The notes beneath the pieces were generated by a model, which was not told the origin of the DNA, ran no database searches, and saw nothing but the letters and a program-made list of their open reading frames with translations. A DNA stretch of 64,000 bases from a virus (taxonomy: Duplodnaviria > Heunggongvirae > Uroviricota > Caudoviricetes). The translations under genes were made by a program, and so were the position numbers. The stretch lies in the IMG/VR virus record IMGVR_UViG_2623620505_000001. The stretch is one strand, 5' to 3'. Below are positions 39,267 through 52,411 of the stretch, one piece after another. How positions within the stretch are numbered: position 1 is the stretch's first letter; each line of letters opens with the position of its first letter.

Positions 39267-39348
39267 CTTTGGCGTTTTTTAGCGAGTTCGTGCTTTTGTT
39301 GGCGTTTGGACCACCGCTTTTCTTTCAGTCGTTTTTTACTCATAAACT

Positions 39349-39837
39349 CTAAAACGGAATATCGTCTTCAAAGTCCATTGGAGGTTCGTTATTGGCGCTG
39401 CTCTGAGGTTTGCCGCCACCGCTGTATTGCTGGTGGTTTTGAGGTTGGTTTGACTGCCCCCAGCCATTTGAGGACTGTGAATCGTCGCGGCGAGTGCCGA
39501 TCATTTGCATGGTGCCGCCCTGGCTGACGATAATTTCCGTCGTGTAACGTTCTACACCGGCGTCATCAGTCCACTTACGGGTTTTAAGTTTCCCTTCGAT
39601 GTAGAGCTGAGAACCTTTTCGTAAATACTCACTCGCAATTTCAGCAAGTTTTCCGAACAAAACGACTTTATGCCATTCTGTTTGCTCTTTCTGTTGGCCC
39701 GTTTGCTTATCGCGCCATGATTCATTCGTTGCGATGCTGAGTCTTCCGACTGCGCCGCCATTTGGTATATACCTGATCTCCGGGTCTTGCCCCAGGGTAC
39801 CAATCAGGATGACTTTGTTTACACCGCGTTGTGCCAC
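39349..39837 (-). CDS. ssb: single-stranded DNA-binding protein
   Basis: 162 aa; classic SSB sequence ...[30 protein letters not shown]... with Gly/Gln-rich tail ending DFEDDIPF. Confidence 0.95.
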   Translation of the reverse strand: MAQRGVNKVILIGTLGQDPEIRYIPNGGAVGRLSIATNESWRDKQTGQQKEQTEWHKVVLFGKLAEIASEYLRKGSQLYIEGKLKTRKWTDDAGVERYTTEIIVSQGGTMQMIGTRRDDSQSSNGWGQSNQPQNHQQYSGGGKPQSSANNEPPMDFEDDIPF

Positions 39838-39856
39838 TTTTCTTACCTAATAAAAT

Positions 39857-39873
39857 AAATTAATTAGAGCAAT
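39857..39873 (-). promoter_or_regulatory. C1 operator-like site upstream of ssb operon
   Basis: Reverse strand ATTGCTCTAATTAATTT (1 mismatch). Confidence 0.6.
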
Positions 39874-40006
39874 AATGTATATCTTTGAAACGTGGCTAAC
39901 AAGTGATTTGCATTATCCTGTGCCTTCTAAAGGGATCGAGTCAGTCGGTATTGGCTGTGAATGAGTGTTTGTCCTGGAGCGTAAAAAATTCGCTTATGAG
40001 GTCTTT

Positions 40007-40564
40007 ATGAAGGGAAAAACAGCCGCAGGAGGCGGTGCAATTTGCGCTATCGCGGTGATGATTACCATCGTGATGGGTAATGGCAATGTGCGAACCAACC
40101 AGGCGGGGCTTGAGCTGATTGGTAACGCTGAAGGTTGCCGACGTGATCCATACATGTGCCCGGCGGGGGTATGGACTGACGGGATCGGTAATACACACGG
40201 GGTAACGCCGGGTGTGCGAAAAACCGACCAGCAAATCGCCGCTGATTGGGAAAAGAATATCCTGATCGCTGAACGCTGTATTAATCAGCACTTCCGGGGC
40301 AAAGACATGCCCGATAATGCCTTCAGTGCAATGACAAGCGCGGCATTCAATATGGGATGCAATAGCTTACGGACCTACTACAGCAAAGCGCGAGGCATGC
40401 GAGTAGAAACGTCCATCCACAAGTGGGCGCAGAAAGGGGAATGGGTGAATATGTGTAACCATCTCCCTGATTTCGTGAACAGTAACGGCGTGCCCCTGCG
40501 AGGTTTAAAGATTCGCCGTGAAAAAGAACGCCAGCTTTGCCTGACGGGGCTTGTCAATGAATAA
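40007..40564 (+). CDS. lyz: SAR-endolysin (T4 lysozyme-like with N-terminal signal-arrest-release helix)
   Basis: Track ORF 39965..40564 trimmed to MKGKTAAGGG start; Gly/Ala-rich weakly hydrophobic N-terminal helix AICAIAVMITIVMG then lysozyme-like domain. Confidence 0.85.
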   Translation: MKGKTAAGGGAICAIAVMITIVMGNGNVRTNQAGLELIGNAEGCRRDPYMCPAGVWTDGIGNTHGVTPGVRKTDQQIAADWEKNILIAERCINQHFRGKDMPDNAFSAMTSAAFNMGCNSLRTYYSKARGMRVETSIHKWAQKGEWVNMCNHLPDFVNSNGVPLRGLKIRREKERQLCLTGLVNE

Positions 40565-40855
40565 ACTCCGGCAGCTCCGCCGACTTTCGACAATGAAGTT
40601 ATCGCTGGCGGCGATAGTTTTTGACTCGATTTTCATGGCGGTATATGTGCTCAATGAGACGTGGCCACTGGAACCGCTATTGTATGCCGGGCTTCGGCTG
40701 TGCCTGACATTTTTGAGCATGGCTGCGAGATTGATGCAGCAGAAAGAAACCGCTTCAGATTGTCCACGCCGCGCGGTGCGCAAATATATGGCACGCAGGC
40801 GAAGGCGATAATAGTTAACGAGAACCCCGGCAGCTGCCGGGGTTATTTTTGGTGG

Positions 40856-43586
<2,731 letters not shown>

Positions 43587-43620
43587 TTAATTAGAATAAT
43601 TCGCATCGTGTTTGAACGGA

Positions 43621-43640
43621 AATTTAACACTAGTCACTTG
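43621..43640 (-). promoter_or_regulatory. putative late promoter for prt-pro
   Basis: Reverse strand CAAGTGACTA gtgt TAAATT, same architecture as at 3888. Confidence 0.45.
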
Positions 43641-43653
43641 TTAAGGATTACCA

Positions 43654-46600
43654 ATGAACAAGCTATCTATGGGGGTGTTTCGCTGTTCAAGTGTCAGCGA
43701 AATATTGAAATACATTAGGGCAATAACATCTCACCGAGCGCCGATTAAATACGGCGTGGAAAAGGTGGAAGGCAAAAGCTATGACCGACTGCGCCGTGAG
43801 GCGAATCAGAAGGCGATAGATTTGCTTAATTCGCTGGTGGACGGCGCGACACTGACAGATGAACAGCGCCAGATCCTGGCTGGGTACACCGGTGAAGGCG
43901 GCATTGGCGGGTCCGTCTCCGAATATTACACACCAAAGCCGATCGCTGAAGGTGTCTGGGAGATCATGAAGCTCTACGGCGCGGACGTAGGTAACACTCT
44001 GGAACCATCGGCGGGAACCGGCGTTTTTAATGAGACAAAACCGGTTGGTACGGTGATGACCGCGACTGAGATCAGCAGTGTTTCCGGTCGTATAAACCAG
44101 CTGTTGCACCCGGAAGACAGCGTACAGATTTCTCCGTTCGAACAACTGGCTGTAAGCACGCCTAACGATTCATTCGACCATGTTGTGGGTAACGTTCCGT
44201 TCGGTGGTCGTGATAACACACGCAACATCGATAAGCCTTACGCAGAAGAAACGGACATGGGTTCTTACTTCATGCTCCGCATGCTGGACAAGATAAAGCC
44301 AGGCGGATTCATGTGCGTGATTGTGCCGCCGTCCATTGTTTCAGGTTCAAACATGAAGCGGTTACGCCTGCGCCTATCACGGAAAGCTGAATTTCTTGGT
44401 GCCCACCGCTTGCCTACCGGTACTTTTGACGCAAACGGGACCAGTACAGTTGTTGATGTGGTGCTGATGCGCAAACATCCGGCAGAGATGGCTGAGAAAA
44501 TCCCCCTGGTGGATGAAAGCACTCTCGAATCGGCAAATGTGCTTTGGCCAACGTTTATTTCTGGCAAGTGGTTTGAAAAGGACGGCCGCCGGTTTGTTCA
44601 TGGCACCCAGGAAAAGGGCTTCCAGGGGCGTATTGAGGTTCGTGCCGACGGTCAGATTGATAACCAGGCTCTTAAAGCGAAGCTGATTCATCGTTTCGAA
44701 AGCCGTATCGACTGGTCTTTGCTCGATATGGCTGAACCGTCACCGACCGCAGACGTTGTTGGTGAAGGGGAAATGCGCCTGATTAATGGCGTATGGCAAA
44801 AATATGCTGGTGGTCGCTGGATTGAAGCTGATGCCGGGAAGGAACTTAAGATCGATGCTGCCAGTTATGGCGCGGATAGCTGGGAGGCTCTTCAGCGTAA
44901 CCTGACTACAACAGAAGGCCGTCTCGGCATGACATTTACCCAGATGGCAAATGTCCGCGATAAGTACACCACATCAATCAGCGACGATATGGTGCAGCTG
45001 GTGGACTGGATTAACAGCCAGCCTGAAAAATACCGTGAACGCTTGTATCGCGGGGCGATGATTGGCCGGATGTTAATTGAATATCAGGACATGAAGGCCG
45101 CCGGGCATAGTGCTGAACAAATCGAACAGCAGCGCCTTTCTCTGGTATCCCGTTTGCAGGCAGAGATTGACCGTTTTGGTAACCCCGGTCGCGGTCCGAT
45201 AGCGAAATTGTCGGGGAGCGGTGCGCGCGCCTGGTTTGCTTTCCGTGGTGCAATTAAGCTGGATGGCACTATTTCTGACGAGCTGACAGGGAAGCTGGTT
45301 ACGCATGATTCCAGCGCAAGTTATGACTCCACCAGCTATCAGGACACCCTGCGTTATCTCTATAGCGATCTCACCCGCGATCCAATCCAGCTCGATGATT
45401 TCCGCCTTGCGTTTACCGGCGAACTGCCAGCCAGTGATGAAGAGTTGCTTAATTTATTGGCCAGCACCCCTGGTATTGCGGTTTCACCGTATGGCGGGAT
45501 TGTTCCGTTCGCCCGCGCCACCAGCGGCGACATTAACGAGATAGTGGCTCCAAAACAGGAATTCCTCGCCACACTCCCCGACGGTCCAGTAAAGAACAAC
45601 GTCCTTAATCAGCTGGCAGCTATCGAAGAGAAGCGCATCAAGACGCCAGCAGAGAATATCCGGTTTAAGCTCAATAGCCGTTGGTTCGACCGTTCCGTCA
45701 TTCTGGAATTTTTGCAGGAAAACGGCTATCCGGATCTGCGCTATGTGCAGTCAGTGCAGCTGGAAGGCGACGAAATGGTTTCTGACACCTATCACGGTGG
45801 TGATGGTCTGTTCGTCGGGCACCGATACGGTGTCGTCCAGCGCAAGGATAAAGAAACAGGTGAGATTCGCTACGAGTGGGACCGTAAATCAGGTGAAAAC
45901 GCGACCGGGTTCCCGGCACAGCTGGAAAAGTATCTCAATGGTGCGCGTATCGGTGGCAAAGATAGCGCGGCGGCGAACGGCTACCGCGAGCAGATGGCAC
46001 TGCTTGAGGACCAGTTCAATAAGTGGATCAAGACGCACGATCGCTACGATGAGCTGGTTGCCAAATACAACGATGTGTTCAATAGCAATATCCCGTATGA
46101 ACACTCTGGCGATCCGCTTGGGTTGAAGGGATTAAGCGGTAAGCGCCAGCCATTTGATTACCAGAATAGCGAGGTGCGCCGACTGTCCGAAGATGGGCGC
46201 GGCATCCTGGGCTTCGGCACCGGGCTGGGTAAAACCACGACCGCGCTGGCGCTTGAGGCGTTCAACTATGAGAACGGTCGCTCCACCCGTACTGCGTATG
46301 TAGTGCCTAAATCAGTGCTGGAAAACTGGTATTACGAAGCAAAAGAATTCCTGAGTGAAGAGGCATTCAGTAACTACCTGTTCGTCGGTCTTGATGTGCT
46401 GATGGATGGCGATCAGATTCGCCAGGTGCAGGTGCTCGATGAGAACGGTAAACCTGTTCTTGGTACTGATGGCACTCCAGTTATGCGCGATGCTCTTAAG
46501 CTGGCAGATGAAGCCACTATCACGGCGCGGATGAACGCGATCCCGCACTCAAATTACCGTGCAGTCGTGTTTACCAAAGAACAATACGCCCGCATTCCGC

Positions 46601-49600
46601 TACGTGATGACACCGTAGATGAGCATGCACAGGATATGCTTTATGACTTCGTTGCCGCCGGACGCGTAGCCAGCGCAATGGACTCCGACTCCCACCGCAA
46701 AGAGGCCGCGCGTCGCCGGGTATTGTCGGAGTATTCAGATACCGGCACCGAAAAAGCAGAGAAGTATCCGTACTTTGAGGATATGGGCTTCGATAGTGTG
46801 ATCGCTGACGAAGGTCACAACTACCGCAATAGCTATAAAAATGGTCGCGAAGCGTCACAACTGGCCTATCTGCCCACCAGCGCGGTGGCGCAATCGGCGC
46901 GAGATATGGCAATTAAAAACGCGTACCTGATGAAAAAGAATGGTGGGCGCGGGCCGGTTCTCCTGACTGCAACGCCAGTCGTTAACACCCCGATCGATGC
47001 ATACAACATGCTTTCTCATGTTCTGCCGAAGGAATACTGGCAGAACATGGGGATCTACGGTCCTGATGACTTCGTTAAATTCTTCGGCAAGACCAGGCTG
47101 GAAACGGTACAGAAAATTAGCGGTGAAGTTGAAGAAAAAATGGCGCTGGTGGGCTTTGAAAACCTTGATGCGCTGCGCGGTATATTCCATCGCTGGGTAA
47201 CGCTTAAAACGGCGGAAGACGTTAAGGATACCGTGGAGATCCCGGAGCTGGACGAACACCAGCAGGATGCACCACTTACTGAAGAACAACTGGCGGCGTA
47301 TGAAGAATTGCGTCAGCAGGCGGAAGCGGCGGCCAAAGCCAACAATGGCGTAACGACCTCGGTCAATGAAGACGGCGTGATTGAGCACGAGAAAGCCCGT
47401 CCGATCTTCTCAATAATCAGGGATATGGACCGCGTATGTACTGACATGGACCTGTACTATCGCCGGATCACCTATCGTTTCCTGCCGGAGTACGCCGATG
47501 CGGTGCAGCAGCTGGCGGACAGTTTGCCTAAACAAGCCACCAGCGAAGACGACGACAGTGATGATTCAATCACGCAGCAATCGCAATACTCCCTGATAGA
47601 TAAGGGCGAGTTTATTCAGTTGCAGGTTCCGGAAGCGTTCGAGCAGGAAGTGAATAAGCGCCTGGCCAGGTTTGGCATTGACGAACAGACCGTAACTCAC
47701 CCCGTTACGCCCAAATACGCGAAGCTGATTGCCACGCTGAAGGAGTTTTTCCCGGAAGGTAAGCAAATCATCTTCACCGATGAAAAAACGCAGCACCAGA
47801 AGCTCAAGCGCATTATCTGCAATGCTCTTAACCTTGAACCTTCAAAGGTGGGGATACTGAATGCTCAGACGGTTGCCGAGGCAGGTAAAACCGGTAAGAA
47901 ACTGAAAGCGGTTAAACCGCCGAAAGAGTTACCGGATGAACCAACAGATGCACAGATAGCGAAATACAACGAGCAAATGGCTCTGTATGACGCCTATATC
48001 GCGCAGCAAAATGAAATGTCGTTGGGCGGTCTGGAAAAGATTGCAGCCGACTTCCAGGAGGGCCGGACTCCGATCATCATCTGCAACAAAAAGGCAGAGG
48101 TGGGTATCAACCTGCATCGAGGAACGACTGACATCCATCATCTGACGTTGCCATGGACTCCAGCCAGTATTGCGCAACGAAACGGTCGCGGTGCCCGAGT
48201 TGGCTCCAACCGTGCAAGCGTTCGCGTTCACTACTACTGCGGCAAGGGGTCTTTCGATGAATACCGACTGAAGACGCTGAAGCGTAAAGCAGGCTGGATC
48301 TCCGATATCCTCCGTTCAGATAAGTCAGAAATGGAGAACGCCGACGCCAACGATATGATCGAAATGCAGATGTATACCGCGAAGGATGACGGCGAACGTC
48401 TGGCAATGATGCAGGTTCAAATGGATAAGGCGAAAGCTGCGAAACGCGCTCGCCAGAAAGAACAGGCTACTATCGACCTTCAGAACTACATCAAGGCGCA
48501 GCACGCAGCTGGTGAGGATGTGGAGGTACTTACCGCTGAATTGGAGCGAAGCAAAGCGGAACTTGAAAAGACCACCGCCGACGTCGCCAAATTCAAACAG
48601 GCGGTAATGGCCAAAGCAGCTGATAACGCAGACTGGAAAGCCCGCTGGGGTAGCGTCCATCACACAGACCGTATGTTGTTAGCACAGTATCGCGCGTCGT
48701 TGAAAAGCGCCATTCAGCGCAAGGCTAATATCTCTCAGGCCATCTCCCGCTATGAGAAATTATTGAACCGTACTCAGAAGGCCGCGACGGATATCAAACG
48801 CCTGCGCCCGCTGGTGGAGGATGCAATAAATAAAGGCATTCTGGATGTTGATCCTGATCTGGTTAACCATGCGAATGAGTTCCTTGTTATCGGCGATCGC
48901 TCATGGCGTGTAGGCCAATACTATGATTGTGCCGGTGATATCGTTCGCATTAAGTCGCTGGACTTCGACAGCCAGCGCGCAGACGTGGAGATCATCTTTA
49001 CCTTCAAAGGCACCAAATCGGGTAACTGGGATGTGAAGACGCTGGATAAACAGGTTGATGTAACTCCCGATGAAGATGCTGTTATGCAGAAAATCAGTGG
49101 TGGCGTCTCCATCGCCGGGATTAACGACATCGTTTCCTGTGACGATTTCTACCGTTTCCAGCAGCGCGGCATGATCAAAATCACTGACTCATACGGCGTT
49201 CAGACTACAGAGTCAGGCTATAGCATTGATTTTGTTGGTACCTATACGGACCCACTGAAGCATGCGGTTTACCCGGATCGCCGTGACGGCGCGCTGAAGT
49301 CGTCAATTGCAAAATGGGTGCTTGGTATGATGTCGGAAGGGAATAACCGCCAGATCCGTTCGGCAGAAGCATTCCTGGTTGAACTGTTTGGCTCCAATTA
49401 TGGCGATGTAATCGCGTCATACGGAGATACGCTATCCCCTGAAGCAATTCAGGAGAAAATAGCGGATGCGATCGCCAGAATGCCGGAAAAAACAAGCCAG
49501 GGGGCTACTCGTAACGGGGATTCTGAACTTGAAGTCACCAATGCCATTTTCGGTACCAATGAGTTCCGGGCGTCAGATTATGAGATCACCACAGCACAGT

Positions 49601-50421
49601 TTGGCACCATTGGCATTTACAGCAATAAAGACGAGATCAAGCAGGCAATGGACGCAGCAAGCGCGCGCATCGCAGCAGAACGGGAAGCCAATCTGAATCA
49701 TGCAGTCGCCGCGCTGACTCAATCGTGGGTAACAGCAATCAGGGAGGCCGCCACCACAGGGAAAATCACACCTGCAATAGCGGATGTCGTAAACGACGGC
49801 TCTAAATTTATGGATGCCTATCAAATGGATGCGGTGAAGTTGCCATCAGCCTATGGTCAACTCAGCTATCGCATGACCTACAACCTGGTATCAATGTTTT
49901 CCGACCTTGCCATCCTTGGGCTGGTGGATCTTAACGAGGTTACGCCGGAATTGCTCAGCATGCGCAAGAATCATGTGGAGATATTGCAGAGAATTAACAC
50001 GGTTCTTGCCGGGCGCACCGATGAAGAGAAACAGGCCGACGCTGATCGGATAAACCTGGCCCTTGGCAACATCACGGAGGAAGAGATTGCCGCCAGAAAC
50101 GAGAAACAAGAAGAGTTATCATCAATACAGGGTGATGCCACCAGCATAGCTCAGTCTCTTGGTCTGAATTATCGCGTATCCACCGCCGACCTGAAGATGA
50201 TGTACGCACCAAAATTCGCCGCTGGCGAGGTATTTGGGCTTCAGGAAGCCTCAGGCATGAAAGGCGTTCTTTTCCGTGCGAAAGACGCAATCAAGGCGAA
50301 ATTCGGCGCTCGCTGGCTGCCAGCGAAGGCGAAGAACAGCGATTTCCCGGGTAACTGGTGGATTATCGAGACAAAACACAACGTGGCGGACGTTCTGGCC
50401 GTCATCCAACAATACGCATAA
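43654..50421 (+). CDS. darB: DarB-like giant anti-restriction protein (N6-adenine methyltransferase-like N-terminus plus DEAH helicase domains)
   Basis: 2255 aa; MTase-like motif VGNVPFGG; helicase motif II VIADEGHNYRN and helicase C motif; P1 darB position. Confidence 0.85.
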   Translation: MNKLSMGVFRCSSVSEILKYIRAITSHRAPIKYGVEKVEGKSYDRLRREANQKAIDLLNSLVDGATLTDEQRQILAGYTGEGGIGGSVSEYYTPKPIAEGVWEIMKLYGADVGNTLEPSAGTGVFNETKPVGTVMTATEISSVSGRINQLLHPEDSVQISPFEQLAVSTPNDSFDHVVGNVPFGGRDNTRNIDKPYAEETDMGSYFMLRMLDKIKPGGFMCVIVPPSIVSGSNMKRLRLRLSRKAEFLGAHRLPTGTFDANGTSTVVDVVLMRKHPAEMAEKIPLVDESTLESANVLWPTFISGKWFEKDGRRFVHGTQEKGFQGRIEVRADGQIDNQALKAKLIHRFESRIDWSLLDMAEPSPTADVVGEGEMRLINGVWQKYAGGRWIEADAGKELKIDAASYGADSWEALQRNLTTTEGRLGMTFTQMANVRDKYTTSISDDMVQLVDWINSQPEKYRERLYRGAMIGRMLIEYQDMKAAGHSAEQIEQQRLSLVSRLQAEIDRFGNPGRGPIAKLSGSGARAWFAFRGAIKLDGTISDELTGKLVTHDSSASYDSTSYQDTLRYLYSDLTRDPIQLDDFRLAFTGELPASDEELLNLLASTPGIAVSPYGGIVPFARATSGDINEIVAPKQEFLATLPDGPVKNNVLNQLAAIEEKRIKTPAENIRFKLNSRWFDRSVILEFLQENGYPDLRYVQSVQLEGDEMVSDTYHGGDGLFVGHRYGVVQRKDKETGEIRYEWDRKSGENATGFPAQLEKYLNGARIGGKDSAAANGYREQMALLEDQFNKWIKTHDRYDELVAKYNDVFNSNIPYEHSGDPLGLKGLSGKRQPFDYQNSEVRRLSEDGRGILGFGTGLGKTTTALALEAFNYENGRSTRTAYVVPKSVLENWYYEAKEFLSEEAFSNYLFVGLDVLMDGDQIRQVQVLDENGKPVLGTDGTPVMRDALKLADEATITARMNAIPHSNYRAVVFTKEQYARIPLRDDTVDEHAQDMLYDFVAAGRVASAMDSDSHRKEAARRRVLSEYSDTGTEKAEKYPYFEDMGFDSVIADEGHNYRNSYKNGREASQLAYLPTSAVAQSARDMAIKNAYLMKKNGGRGPVLLTATPVVNTPIDAYNMLSHVLPKEYWQNMGIYGPDDFVKFFGKTRLETVQKISGEVEEKMALVGFENLDALRGIFHRWVTLKTAEDVKDTVEIPELDEHQQDAPLTEEQLAAYEELRQQAEAAAKANNGVTTSVNEDGVIEHEKARPIFSIIRDMDRVCTDMDLYYRRITYRFLPEYADAVQQLADSLPKQATSEDDDSDDSITQQSQYSLIDKGEFIQLQVPEAFEQEVNKRLARFGIDEQTVTHPVTPKYAKLIATLKEFFPEGKQIIFTDEKTQHQKLKRIICNALNLEPSKVGILNAQTVAEAGKTGKKLKAVKPPKELPDEPTDAQIAKYNEQMALYDAYIAQQNEMSLGGLEKIAADFQEGRTPIIICNKKAEVGINLHRGTTDIHHLTLPWTPASIAQRNGRGARVGSNRASVRVHYYCGKGSFDEYRLKTLKRKAGWISDILRSDKSEMENADANDMIEMQMYTAKDDGERLAMMQVQMDKAKAAKRARQKEQATIDLQNYIKAQHAAGEDVEVLTAELERSKAELEKTTADVAKFKQAVMAKAADNADWKARWGSVHHTDRMLLAQYRASLKSAIQRKANISQAISRYEKLLNRTQKAATDIKRLRPLVEDAINKGILDVDPDLVNHANEFLVIGDRSWRVGQYYDCAGDIVRIKSLDFDSQRADVEIIFTFKGTKSGNWDVKTLDKQVDVTPDEDAVMQKISGGVSIAGINDIVSCDDFYRFQQRGMIKITDSYGVQTTESGYSIDFVGTYTDPLKHAVYPDRRDGALKSSIAKWVLGMMSEGNNRQIRSAEAFLVELFGSNYGDVIASYGDTLSPEAIQEKIADAIARMPEKTSQGATRNGDSELEVTNAIFGTNEFRASDYEITTAQFGTIGIYSNKDEIKQAMDAASARIAAEREANLNHAVAALTQSWVTAIREAATTGKITPAIADVVNDGSKFMDAYQMDAVKLPSAYGQLSYRMTYNLVSMFSDLAILGLVDLNEVTPELLSMRKNHVEILQRINTVLAGRTDEEKQADADRINLALGNITEEEIAARNEKQEELSSIQGDATSIAQSLGLNYRVSTADLKMMYAPKFAAGEVFGLQEASGMKGVLFRAKDAIKAKFGARWLPAKAKNSDFPGNWWIIETKHNVADVLAVIQQYA

Positions 50422-50454
50422 CAGGAGCGCCCGGTTCGCCGGGCGTCGCATAAT

Positions 50455-50895
50455 ATGGCCACACTATCTGATACAATAAAACCGAATAAAACATATCTTG
50501 AGGCGGTACTCCGTACAGCGTTGTTAGGAAAGACAGAAGACGAATACGTTGATTTCTTCCTGTCAGGGCTACGCGGGCGATTACTGAAAAATCCCCGCCT
50601 GTACCGCAGCTATGGTCCATACTGGCCGGAAATTAAAAAATTATTACTGGAGCGCGGTTATGGTAATTTCGGTCGTCTCGTTGACCGTGACGTTCGCAAA
50701 ATTTACCGTTATGACCGCCCGGCGCTAACACTCATAGCCGCGACGCTCTACAGCCAGGAGCGTTTTGATAATGGTCAGATATACTCAGCCTGGCATTTAC
50801 TGCCAGTGCCTGAAGAAGTTGACGACCAGGACTATGAGTTTGAGTCTTACGATTTGGAAGTTGAAGCCTTGGCACAGGCTGGAGAGAAAACTTGA
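50455..50895 (+). CDS. ulx: Ulx-like protein
   Basis: 146 aa between darB and lxc, as in P1. Confidence 0.55.
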   Translation: MATLSDTIKPNKTYLEAVLRTALLGKTEDEYVDFFLSGLRGRLLKNPRLYRSYGPYWPEIKKLLLERGYGNFGRLVDRDVRKIYRYDRPALTLIAATLYSQERFDNGQIYSAWHLLPVPEEVDDQDYEFESYDLEVEALAQAGEKT

Positions 50896-51140
50896 AAAAG
50901 CGATACTACACAGTAAAGCATGGGACGCTACGAGCATTACAAGAGTTTGCTGATAAGCATAACGTTGAGGTGCGCAGGGAAGGGGGAAGTAAAGCTCTGC
51001 GCATGTACCGTCCGGACGGGAAATGGCGTACGGTCGTCGATTTCAAAACTAACAGCGTTCCCCAGGGCGTCCGCGACCGGGCATTCGAAGAATGGGAGCA
51101 GATCATCATAGATAACGCATTGCTCCTGAATGCTGATTAA
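50892..51140 (+). CDS. lxc: Lxc/Bof-like C1 co-repressor
   Basis: 82 aa basic protein; size and position of P1 lxc. Confidence 0.55.
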   Translation: MKKRYYTVKHGTLRALQEFADKHNVEVRREGGSKALRMYRPDGKWRTVVDFKTNSVPQGVRDRAFEEWEQIIIDNALLLNAD

Positions 51141-51177
51141 ATCTTTGGCTATGCCTGGCTAAGCCAGGCATAGGAAT

Positions 51178-52317
51178 TTACACAGTATCAATGTGTCTGC
51201 TAAGGAATCTCCCGAACTGATTTGTTGACCCAAAATAGTTAGGATAAGCCTTTTTAAGAGATTTAATGTTGTTAGTGGCAAGCAGCACCGCAATTAATAC
51301 TTCAGGATCCGCATCATCCTTATTAAGTTCCTGGAGGGCTTGTTCCGATTCTTTTTTCCTAAAAGGTTTCACAGAAACAAGAAACTTTCCAGTATCCTTG
51401 CCATTTTTTGTTATGGCGTTTCTCATCCTCACCAAAAAGAATCCATTATGGTTTTTGGGCAGGCTTTTCTTTAGGTTTGCATCTGATGTCAGCTTCATTG
51501 CAAATGTATATGTACTTAATTTTGAGCGAACAGATAAAGCCTCCTCCAATGTTTTAAGCTCTGTTTGATAATTTTTGATGGTTTCATCATCAAGAATACA
51601 GGCACCTTCATCATGAGCAACTAGGCATCCAGAAAGATAAAAAAATCTTCTCCACTCAGGGTGACCTTCATTAGAAGTTTTCAGCTTAATATTTTCAAGT
51701 GTATCTATTATCTCCAGACTTGTTGCCCAAGCATGTTGGAGTTCTGTTCTTAGTTGTACTTCGATTTTAGTTTTACTCCACGGATTGTTACCGTTTTCTT
51801 CATCAAAACAACTATATGCAAGGTGAATGCCACTATATCCGCTTGGCTTTGGAGTTAAATAGTCATATTCCTTTAAGATTTTATGCTTGGAGCGACTTTT
51901 AACTAGTCGGTCTTTTAGTTTCTTTAGTTGTTCGATGTTTCTAACTATAGCTCTACATCCGCCAATATCCTGCATTCTAGTAAGGGCTATTGCATTATTT
52001 GTTGCGCCGCCGTCAAGACTTGGACGCTCCAGTTTATCAATTATTGTGCTAAGTCTTTTTAGGCGTCTTGCAACAATAATCTTATTCTCTTTATCAACTT
52101 TTTTTGCAGCCCTATCAAGATGATTTTTCATTAGCATCAATGGATATAAATGAAGCTCGCGGAAATTTTGAATCATTTTAATTGCTTCTTCTCGCTCTGC
52201 GCCCTCACAACCATGTCTAATTTTTCTGGCTGCTTTTTCTATTTGAGATTTCGAATATTTAAGTTCGCATTTTTGGCTTTGATATACTTCACTGCCCATT
52301 ACTAACATCCAGTTCAA
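51178..52317 (-). CDS. RelA/SpoT-homolog (toxSAS-type) nucleotide pyrophosphokinase, likely fused toxin-antitoxin defence protein (CapRel-like)
   Basis: Seen: RSH synthetase motifs DIGGCRAIV, KPSGYSGIHL, IEVQLRTELQHAWAT; AT-rich gene, TTG/weak start, no separate antitoxin ORF nearby. CapRel comparison is from memory. Confidence 0.75.
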   Translation of the reverse strand: MNWMLVMGSEVYQSQKCELKYSKSQIEKAARKIRHGCEGAEREEAIKMIQNFRELHLYPLMLMKNHLDRAAKKVDKENKIIVARRLKRLSTIIDKLERPSLDGGATNNAIALTRMQDIGGCRAIVRNIEQLKKLKDRLVKSRSKHKILKEYDYLTPKPSGYSGIHLAYSCFDEENGNNPWSKTKIEVQLRTELQHAWATSLEIIDTLENIKLKTSNEGHPEWRRFFYLSGCLVAHDEGACILDDETIKNYQTELKTLEEALSVRSKLSTYTFAMKLTSDANLKKSLPKNHNGFFLVRMRNAITKNGKDTGKFLVSVKPFRKKESEQALQELNKDDADPEVLIAVLLATNNIKSLKKAYPNYFGSTNQFGRFLSRHIDTV

Positions 52318-52411
52318 ATGATTAATGTGTTGTTACATATAATAACAAATCAAGCTAGAAATCAATGGGTATGAAAATGAAACATACCCATAATGTTACC
52401 TAACGTAACTA

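Noticed and set aside
43687-50290. Numerous 60-150 aa ORFs on the minus strand inside darB
   Set aside because: Expected random antisense frames within a 6.8-kb gene; none has start signals or recognisable motifs.
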